Below are positions 50,473-64,000 of a DNA stretch of 64,000 nt, in pieces (position 1 is the first letter of the stretch; each line of letters starts with the position of its first letter). The notes beneath the pieces were generated by a model. The model was not told the origin of the DNA and ran no database searches. It saw nothing but the letters and a program-made list of their open reading frames with translations. The translations under genes and the position numbers were made by a program. The stretch covers positions 377,005 through 441,004 of the forward strand of contig NW_005434629.1 in assembly GCF_000315625.1 (NCBI RefSeq), given 5' to 3'. Source of the stretch: Guillardia theta CCMP2712 (lineage: Eukaryota > Protista > Cryptophyta).

Positions 50473-51233
50473 TTAACAGCTGCCACTGCAGTTGTTGGCT
50501 TTCGCATCTTGCTTGGGCTCGTTGACCTTGATGTTGGCTGATCCACTTGGCTTGTCTTGCTGTTGCTGCTTCGGGAGCTTACGAGCTGCCAACAGATATC
50601 AACATACGCAACATCTAAAACAATCATCTTTACCGATCTGGACAAAAAGTTCGTTGACATTTGAGGCAGTCTTGGCTGAAGTTTCCATGAACATAATATT
50701 GTTCTCCTCCGCGTACTGCCGGGCTTCATCGGGCTCCACTTTTCGCTTTGAAGCAAGATCCGACTTATTTCCAGCCAGGGCGATGACGATGTTTGGATTT
50801 CCCTGACGTTGCAACTCTCTCACCCAACTTTTAGCTCGCGCGAAGGAATCCTGCGAGCCTGGTCAGACTTGAGTCGAGGAGCAACGTCAAATCCTCACAG
50901 TGCTGGTGATATCGTACACTACTATCGCTGCCGCCGCGCCTCGATAGTACATGGGAGCCAGACTGTGATATCGCTCCTGCCCCGCTGTATCCCAGATTTC
51001 AAATTTCACGGTAGTGTCATTCAAAGCAACTGTCTGGGTGAGAAAAGCAGCTGTAAAGTACAGTCAGGTGAACAGCTACATCTCAAGCATGCACGCTAAC
51101 CTCCAATGGTGGACTCCTGGTAATCAAAGAATTGACCACGGACGAATCGGAGAACCAGGGATGATTTTCCAACAGCACCTTCACCCAGCAGCACCAATTT
51201 AAAGTTGAGTGGACTTTTGTTTTGCGCCGCCAT
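50473..51233 (-). CDS. RAB5: Rab5 family GTPase, 4 exons
   Basis: [28 protein letters not shown]|[53 protein letters not shown]-terminal Cys. Confidence 0.96.
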
Positions 51234-52919
51234 ATTTACTGAGAGTTCGCTGTTCGATTGATCCAGAGCAAAAACCGGTGGCAACTTTCGAAATTGCTGA
51301 TTCGAAATCTACCCTACCACAAATGTCAGCCTGAAGATTTGCAAAGAAATCATCTCTTTGCAAAAAATCATTTATTCTAAAGGATTCATCTTTCATTCCA
51401 TCAAAATTACTTTCCTCTTATCGTTCGCTACATCAGTACCCAAAAAAATGAAACCAAACAATCGGTTTGTGGTTCGGTCTCAGGGAAGTCCTCACCACGT
51501 GACAACACTAGAATGAGAGGAATACTCGTCTAAAGATTTTCTTGCTCTCCACCATCTATCAAAAAGATTCTCATACTCGTTGCATCCAACTTCAGACACA
51601 GCATTTTTTCAACCTGAATACGAGTACCGATGCTCATACAATGTCCACCCTCTAGCCATACCGCCACTCCTCTTTTTGTTCTATTCTACTGACAAATCTG
51701 AACTTGCCTACCGCACGCACGTCTGTCCCTGTCTCCCCAGGGCCCTCCCACAGCAGCCACACGGCGTCGCAATGGGGCTTGTCCATAGCTTTCCTACAAC
51801 AGCTACCACAATCTCAACGATCCTACTCCTCAACCTACTGATCGAGAATTTCTAACAAATTCAATTCTCAACTTTCTTGAGAAGGATGCTCCACACACAT
51901 GTTCAGCAGCTCATTACCCAAGTTTTTCTTGAACTTGTACGGACTAAAAAGACCGAATCGTACCAACAAACCATATGAGTCATCCTTAGGCCATGGTTGG
52001 AGCACGGAAACATAGAACTCTCCCGGTGATACAACATGTCCATCTCACTCCCTATTTCCCCTGTCCCATTCTTACTGCTTCCTCGCCGCGTCCTCGCCGC
52101 TTCGTCATCAGCTTTACATTGATCCCCATCGCCCATGTTGGATCAATTCCTCTACTTCCTCTTCTCCTGCCATCACTATCTCTTCTTCACGTGATCTAAA
52201 AATCATCACCTTGACATGCCAGTCTCTTCTTTATTCTCTTCCTCCTCTCTCATCTCCCCCAACATGCCGCTTCGCCGCGCAAACCACATTGAACATGCCC
52301 ACTGCTACCCCCATCTTTCCCCCAAAAAGGACCCACCTCTGAATCCATAGTGAGCTGTACCCCCTCTATTGGACCACCCCCACCCACCCCCTTGTCCATA
52401 AATGGACCCTCCCAGTTTAAAACAAGATTACCCCCTTCCCTTCGATCCTTCGATCCTTCGATCCCACCAAGAGTACCCCACCCTCTGTCCAAGAATCCAC
52501 CTGGTTCCTCAAAATATAACCCCACCCCTCGTGGTCTAAATTTGGATCTTCTAGAGAACAATTTAAAATTTAGATAACAGCAGTACCCCACCCACAGACA
52601 AGAAAACACCACCGTCTACCTTGCCCACCCCTACCTTGAGAAGCGATCACTTCAAACGACCCCCCTACCCCGGGTGCATCGTGAGATACCACCCCATCGG
52701 ATTGAGGCACCTTGAGCCTCAAACTTCTACCAGAGGATTTGTACCAGTACTTTACCAGTTGGTACTAATATTTTTATAATTGCTAGATGTTTACAGTATT
52801 TCTATCAAAAAGGTTGAATTAAGTTCAGTACATCATTTTTTAGTGTCCATTCGTACCATAGTAGTACTCTGAGTTATCGGTACAGATATATACAGCGTGG
52901 TACGCAAATTTCCTTTTAA

Positions 52920-53645
52920 AAATAACTCGGACTCCGGTGACCGGAGTCCGGGCCCGCCGCCGAGGCTCCCCGGGCCCGTCACCGTCACTGAGTCAGCCAG
53001 TGCCCGCGGCGAGAGTCCGAGTCCCGGCCCGGGCCCGGGCCGGGCTCTGAACCAGTGAAGAGGGGCAGAGGCCGGGAGGTTCAGCCTGCAGCCTGGCCCG
53101 GTGGAGACTCGCGGCCTCGGACTCCGGGAGTGAGGGCTGTTTCTCTGACTCGGCGTCCGGAACTTATCAGTCAAGTTTCTCGCCGCCGTCTCAGTTCGTG
53201 ACGGCGGCCAGGGGCGGGACGCCGGGCCCGGCTCACTGAGGTCGGACGGCCCGCCGATCTGACGGTCTGTCCGATCTGCCATCCAACGGTGATCGGGCAC
53301 CCCGCCGCTCCGGCCGCGCGGGGCCGCCGGCGGCCCCCGGGGCCGCCGGGCGGCGATCGGACCGTGCACGGTGCCGGGACTCGGGAGGCCGCGGGCTGCA
53401 GTGCCCGAGCCTACTGACGGTATAACAGCAAGTGACTCATGGTACCGTAGCCTACCGTACAGTCGTCGACTTGGTATTCGGTCAAGGCGGCTCCCGGTTC
53501 AAGCGCCCGCCGGTCCGCCCGGGCCCGGCCGGATCCGATGATGATCGTGAGTCACTGCGAGTCCGAACTTCGCAACTTCCGACTCCCGGCGAAGCACTGG
53601 GCCCGGCCCGGCCCTTACTTGGATTCGGTCACGGTTCGAGTCGGG
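52920..53645. promoter_or_regulatory. GC-rich island of short palindromic words upstream of the ankyrin gene
   Basis: Dense CCGG/GGCC/GATC/GAGTC/CAGT words with no coding signal. Similar islands at ~6200, 7540, 17240, 21920, 25250, 27650, 28660 and 31620. Regulatory role is inferred. Confidence 0.4.
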
Positions 53646-53646
53646 G

Positions 53647-56599
53647 ATGAGGGGTTCCCGTGCTTCGGCTATGGCAGAAAACAGAGAGGCATGCAGGAGG
53701 CGGATGGGTTGGGGAGGCAGCAGATTAGTCCTCTTAGCGATCGCTATGCTCCTGGCATCTGCTGAGATCAGCAGCATGCAGGCGAGTGCCAGGGCCGAGG
53801 GTGCGCCATGGCGGGATAGGATGGGGATGAAAACGATTTGGAGGCCGAGGCTGCGGGGGGGATCGGATCAGCCTTTGGAGGCTGCGAGAGGGGATCGAGA
53901 CAGTGGAGACGTGGGATCGACTGCAAAGTCAGATAGAGGAGGAGGAAGGGGGGGGGGAGAGGTGGGAGGAGGAGGAGGAGGAATCTTTACAGTGTTGAAT
54001 GGTCTAAAAGGGCTCGTGTTGGGGAATAAGGGCAACAATGAGGGGAGCGATGCTTCCTTCTCGTTGAAGCAGGAGGAGGATAACATGTTTGAAGCGCTTC
54101 GCACCCAGCAAGACAAGGAGTGCAGCTCAAACATCGCGAGAATGCTTGCTTCCGGATGCTCTCCCAACGCCGTTGAGGCCTCGCGCTGTAACTATGGACC
54201 TGTCCACCTTGCAGCTGATCGAGGGCTCTCGCAAACGATCCGCGTCCTATACGAGAACGGCGCCGACATGAACATGCGAGGCAAGCACGGACAGACGCCG
54301 CTTCATGTGGCGGCAAGTAGAGGGCAGGAGGATGCTGTCAAGGTGATGCGACCATTCGTTTGCTGTGCCTTAACTTCTCCTTCAAGTATCTCATTTTCGT
54401 TTCCTTCATCCCTCTTTCCTAATTCTCTCTTTCTCTTCTTCATCCTTCTTTCCTCATTCTCTCTTTCTTTTCTTCATCCCTCTTCCTCATTCTCTCTTTC
54501 TCTTCTCTCCTCCTCTCTTCTTTCAACCATCCTGTCCATGATGGTTGAAATTTACCACTCTCTTTCCCATCGTCTTCTGCTCTCATCTCATCACAGAGTG
54601 TCTAACATTGTCGGTGGTGACAAGGTGTTGCTGGGGCTAAAGGCAAAGATAGACGAGAAGGACCACATGGGTTGGACCGCTCTTCATCAGGCCAGCTACT
54701 TCGGACATGTTCACATCGTCGAGCTGCTGATACGACATGGGGCAAGCAAGAACGCCACCAGTGTTCAGGGATGGAATGCTGCAGATGTTTGCTGCAAGGG
54801 CCTTGGAGAAGAGCAGATGGAGGAAGCTGAGCTAGAGCGAAGAATTTTAACCGTCCTGCCACCTGCCATGAATCGCACCATCGACATACAAGACCAGTTC
54901 CGGACTAGAGGAGCGGCGTCGAGGGAGAACCCGAGCAAGAACTCCCTTGAGAAGTTCGCGGAAGGGCGTTCGAGGGATATCTCTTTCAAGGATCGGTTCG
55001 CGTCCATCCTGGTGGGCATGCATGATGAGGCCGAGAAGAAGGCTGTGTTTGCAGCCAACATGACGCAAGATATCGATGCCGCCCTCGCCAGGCACAGAGG
55101 TGACGGGGCTGAAGCATCCTTGCCTGCGCTGTTCCCTGACGTTCTGGTCAGAAAATGTAAAAGAGAACATAGAGAAGCTGTCGAAGGGGGAAGTTGCAGG
55201 CCAGCAGACCACGGGAGGTAGCGAAGTATGTGATGATGACGTTCAAACATGATGTGCAGTTGTAGATGGGAACGACGCGCTGGTATCCAAGGATGATGGG
55301 AATCTCTCTCAGACAGCGAGGTTGTCTGATGCTTGTCGGGCGACTTGATGAATGACCTTTGAATCAGTGAGATTCTTCAGAAGATGTTAGAGCAAAACCG
55401 AGCGTTCAACCAAGGTTGTAGTCCTCTTCTTTGCTTTCTGCTTCTTCTTGTTCATGTTATGCAATGCAAGATATGTCAGGGCAAGATTCAAGTTCAACGC
55501 CGTGAGAACCTTGGTTTTGCACGTCTATCTACTTGTCCTGACAATTGCTGGTCGGCAGAGCACATGCTGAAGGAGCTGAAGAGAAGCCGTCGGTAGTGAG
55601 TTGTTCCTCACCGGATGTTCCGAGTCTGACAATCGTCGACAAGACTAACAGCAAGGCGACTTCTTGTGGAGTTGGTCTGTCGGTCAGAGCTGGAGACCGC
55701 GGAGAGTGAGTTTGAATCTACACGCCTTGATACTCCCTCGTCGATTGTTTTCTCATCCCTCTGCATCGTGTTGATTGCATACTTCACAACTCACAGGATC
55801 CGATAGTTCTCTCATAATTCACAACTCACAGGATCCGATAGTTCTCTTTTACCCACTGCAACTCCCTACCCCCCCAAACCCCAAGTTCTCACATAGCAAG
55901 CAGGTATATCATCTCAGCGCTCCTGGCCAACGGCCCGGCAGAGATGTCAAAGGTGATCAAGGTAGGAGACGTGCTGGAAGAGGTAGGAGACAGTGGGAGA
56001 TCGAGTGTATTACCTGCTGAGACGAGGAGCAAGGTGGACGGAAAGAAGGCAATTATGATCGCCCCCGACGATCTCGTCCGCACCTTCCTCGGGCCTCCCG
56101 GCTCCACTCTCAAGATCTCCGTGCGTGACCCCTGGGTGAGGAATGGGAGGAGGGAGTCGCCTGCTGTGATGGGGCAGCAGGACGTTGCAGGCAACAACAT
56201 TAAGACGGTGGAGCTCGAAAGGAGGATCGTGGATGAAAAGGTGATGGGAAACGCGGGATGTTTATTGGCCTTTTGTTCTGTCCTGTGTTTATTGGCCGTT
56301 TGTTCTCTCCTGTGTTTAGATTATGTGTTCTCTGTGATATTGTACAACCTGTGGCACCTTGAAACTAGCCTGAGGTGACTGTCATTGCCTTATCTTGGTG
56401 TGACTTGACTTTGACTTGATCCGTCTCGTCTCATCTCCTTATCTCTTCTTTATGACTGCTTCTCCTCACTTCCTGTCTCTCAGTACCAGTATGGACGCAT
56501 AAGGCTACACGCGCAAGGTACCGCCTGTCTTCCTGTCTCCCCGATCTGATTTGTCCACCAGAAACAAAAGAGACAGAGCAAGAGTTTGGGGAGATGTAA
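53647..56599 (+). CDS. ankyrin-repeat + PDZ protein with signal peptide and RLRGG presequence motif, multi-exon
   Basis: Hydrophobic LVLLAIAMLLASA; RPRLRGG; ANK repeats (GPVHLAA, GQTPLHVAA, GWTALHQAS); PDZ (GVGLSV...ISALLANGPAEMSKVIKVGDVLEEV|DG...FLGPPGSTLKI). Confidence 0.8.
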
Positions 56600-56615
56600 A
56601 AACTATCTTCCTGCC

Positions 56616-56648
<33 letters not shown>

Positions 56649-57113
56649 CATCCTACCTACGGGCGACTGATCCAAGGAGTGAGGTCGGTTGGGAAGCAGC
56701 CGAGCGCGTCTTTGTCGTAGACGTAGGAGGAGGGGACGAGGCGGATGGTGTGGCTGGGAGGAAGACCGCCAATGTCTGCAGCTAGAGTGCCAAATCCTTG
56801 ACGAGAGTCACTTGAGCAGGGAAAGAGGATGTGAAGGGGGGGGGGGGGGGGGGGGAGGGGAGAGGAGGAGAGGAGAGGAGGGAGAAAAAAAGGGATAGCG
56901 GTCCGGGGGATGAGTCGGAGGGAGTGCGGATGGTTTTGAGGCTTAATAGCGAAAAGGAACGGGGGGCGCGGAAAAACCCCCCGAATGACCAGTGCGTCAT
57001 GACATTATCACATGCTTACCATGGAAGTTATGCTCACGCCCCCGGCACTTGCCATGCGAAAAGGAGGTGCGGAACTCCCCCTTCAGAATACGGAGCTTGC
57101 CCGTTGGCCCCCG

Positions 57114-57213
57114 NNNNNNNNNNNNNNNNNNNNNNNNNNNNNNNNNNNNNNNNNNNNNNNNNNNNNNNNNNNNNNNNNNNNNNNNNNNNNNNNNNNNNNN
57201 NNNNNNNNNNNNN
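57114..57213. other. assembly gap (100 N)
   Basis: Seen directly. Confidence 1.
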
Positions 57214-57282
57214 CGAAGCAAGGAGATGTGGTTTGTCATCGGCTGATCACGCTTTCGAGCCCGATCCTCCTGACGATCACCA

Positions 57283-61320
<4,038 letters not shown>

Positions 61321-62371
61321 GTCCGTGTCACATGAGAGGAGGATGGGGAGCGACATCGAAATGCTGAGAGTAGAAGAAACAAGCATCACCAAGACCGAGA
61401 GGAGAGGAGAGGAGAGGAGAGGAGAGGAGAGGAGAGGAGAGGACAGGACAGGACAGGAGAGGGGAGGGGGTGGGAGCAGAGAGGGAGGTGGAAGGGGGAG
61501 TGGACGGGGGTAAAGGAAATATGGTGGAGGTGAGGGATAGCAGAGGAGACGAAAGGAGAGCCTTGAGTGATCAAGAGAAGCAACCAGAACAGGAAGGAGG
61601 AGAGGGAGGAAGAGCATGTGAGCGACCCCAGGATTGAGAGACGGGAAGGACAAACCTCTTGGTGTGGAAATGCATGGAGGGGTCAAGGTCAATGACTGAA
61701 CCAGCCCACAACATGGCAAAGCTCGAGTTTGTGAGCTTGATGCAATCCTGTACGGGGACAGAGAGCATGTCAACACCAGACTCTCGCGCCAAAAACTCAT
61801 CATCTCACATCTGCGCCTACGGTAGCGGAGATGAGAGCCAGGACAGCGATGGTAGTCCACAAGATCTGCAAGCCATGCTGTCGCTGGAGACAAGCCTTGC
61901 CGTTGACTCCTGGACGCATCAGCGTCTACCGTCCATGTTCCATCTCCTCGTCTTCGATGACTTCACCTCGTCGCAAGATCTTCACCCTTTCTCGTCCCTC
62001 CGATCCCATCCCATCCCCCTCTCTCCTTCCCCTGTCCTCCTTCCCCTGTCCTCTCCTCCTCTGTCCTGACCTCCCTGCCTCCTCCTCCTCCTCTCCTCCT
62101 CTCCTCCTCTCCTCATCCTCTCCTCATCCTCTCTCCGCTCTCTCTTCCCCCGCCCCATCTTCCCTTCTCCCCGACTCCTCCATTTCGCATCCCCGACGTT
62201 CCCCGACGATCCCCGACGTTGACTAATAATTTAAGGCCGATGAGGTTCAATGGCGGGTGCCTGGGGCACCTGCAGCCCACGAGCGCCAAGGAGCTGCTGA
62301 CTATGGCGCCGCAAGGTGACGACAATGCACGAGGCAGGCGATGATAGTCCAGAGATGAGAGCTGTTCGCAC

Positions 62372-62389
62372 GATGATGGAGATGATGAA

Positions 62390-62431
<42 letters not shown>

Positions 62432-62560
62432 GATGATGAAGATGATGATGGAGATGATGGAGATGATGGAGATGATGGAGATGATGGAGATGATGGTGGT
62501 GGTGGTGACGATGATAGAGACGATGATAGAGACGATGATAGAGACGATGATAGAGATAGA
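62372..62560. repeat. (GAT)/(GATGATGGA)/(GACGATGATAGA) compound microsatellite
   Basis: Seen directly. Confidence 0.9.
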
Positions 62561-62740
62561 TATGGACATGGGAATAGAGATACATCTGAAAAGCACGACT
62601 ATGATAGACCGCGGTTGTGATAGCAGCCACAGCAGATGCTGTTGCTGCAGGCACGAGTGATAGCATCGACCTCACTCTGCCCTGTCGCAGGCGGCTATAC
62701 AGCCATGAGGACATGGGGAGGGGACAGGGGAAAGATCCTC

Positions 62741-64000
62741 ATGCTGCGCTATCACCTCGGCAGGCTCAACGCGTCCTTGCGCATCCTCTTCCCCGAGGTA
62801 GAGCCCAAGATCAGCGAGCAAGACGCCCTTGAGGTCAAGAGCAGCCCCTGTGCTGTCAGAGACTCCCACCCCCACCTCGCGTACCGCCAGGCCTCCAGCC
62901 CCTGCATCCTGTTTGCTGGGGAGAAGGATGCAGCCGGTCGGGTGGCAGCGATGGAGATCGCGGGGATGGTGGCAGAGAGGACGGGCTCGACGAGGGTGAA
63001 AGAGCTCACGGAGGAGACGGCAGGCATGCTGGGCTCCTCAGAGTCGGACTTCTTCGTGCTCGTAGTCGAGTGCGAGCACGATGGTGAACTGGTCATGGGA
63101 GGGAGGAGGTGTCTGCGGGCGATCAAGCGGATGGGGAGGAGGAGGACGGTGTCGAAGTTCTGCGTCCTGTGTCTCGCATCCTCTACCTGCAGGTTTGTCC
63201 TCGAGGAGCCGTCGTGAGCCTACGCTGACCCGACGCCCTTCCCAGCTTTTCCTCCATGTCGGGGGGGGACGACAAGTACAAGGGAGGGAGGAAGCTGAGC
63301 GACGGGCTGGTCAGCCTAGGGCTGCAGCAGAGCCACAAGGTCTCGTGCCTTGACGTGGGCATCGACGACATCGACGAGCATGTTGGTGCCGCATGCCTGC
63401 TAGTCGCTGCTGACAGGCAAGCAGGTGGGACGATGGGCGGAGGAGATCATCGGGGACAAGGAGCAGGTGGTGGAGGATGTACAGGAAGGAGAGTTTCAGC
63501 CATCAGAGCTCGAGCAACTTATCGTGTTGCGAACATCTCAAGTTCTCCATGGTCTGTGCGAAGAAACAAAGGAACACGAAGGAGATATCATGGTGATCGT
63601 TCTGTGCTCCCCGATAGGAACAGGTCTGCCTGTCTTGCTTCCTTGCTGTCTTGCTGTCTTGCTGTCTGGCTGTGTCCTGATTTCCCTTTCTTGTTGGTGT
63701 TTGCCTGAGATGAGGTGTCCTCCCTGATCTACAGGAAAAGACACGTTCATCAACGTCGCAACATTTGCGTCATGGTTGCCTCAGCTATCTCCACATGCCA
63801 TCGTCCAGGTCAACTCCTCCTCCTCCTCCTCCTCCTCCTCCTCCTCACAGGATGGCTGAGGGCAAGGGCCTGAACAGGTGGACGGGAGTGCGAGGAGGAG
63901 AGCAGAGGCAAAGGACTCGCTGTGGGCTCAGGAGCGCGCTCCTCTTGAGGCGAGGAAGGCTGCTGATGTCACAGAAGTTATCTTGCCGGTAAGAAGAGGA
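62741..64000 (+). CDS. flavodoxin-like domain followed by a probable P-loop, running off the window
   Basis: ILFAGEKD..A.EIA, VLVVECEHDGE, KFCVLCLAS, GGRKLSDGLVSLG, RWAEEI follow the flavodoxin-fold order. The spliced VLCSPIGT|GKDTF resembles Walker A. Confidence 0.45.

Noticed and set aside
55783-55847. 30-bp direct duplication, and a 27-bp one at ~56262-56315
   Set aside because: Local intronic tandem duplications with no further structure.
56830-57113. ORFs and odd sequence beside the gap
   Set aside because: Follows a long G run at a contig end; likely low-quality sequence.

Overview
Eukaryotic nuclear DNA, gene-dense, with ~50-nt GT-AG introns, many microsatellite-expanded introns and one 100-N gap (57114-57213). 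The style suggests a cryptophyte alga of the Guillardia/Hanusia type; this is inference only. Recognisable genes: a PKD2/TRPP channel, an X8-domain secreted protein, a CFAP92-like ciliary protein, a CBM48 protein, a sirtuin, SLC33A1, a PXA-PX-Nexin_C sorting nexin, ATAT1, a Nudix-like protein, MTHFS, DSS1/SEM1, a mitochondrial ferredoxin, PRP19, Rab5, an ankyrin-PDZ protein, a fucosyltransferase-like gene and a flavodoxin-like gene. The most interesting part is 17.2-31.4 kb. It holds an intact 3-exon Crypton-type tyrosine recombinase (YR) gene with an N-terminal PHD-like finger. That gene is bracketed by exact copies of a 30-38 bp AT-rich site in both inverted and direct orientation. The region also has three copies of a ~0.55-kb repeat that differ mainly by short insertions of recurring words, and a head-to-head identical pair of small ORFs with a third paralogue nearby. 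A truncated MULE-like transposase lies at 6.3-7.2 kb, and DSS1-MTHFS is a candidate bicistronic locus. All family calls come from motif recognition, not database searches. Exon structures of the long genes are approximate.
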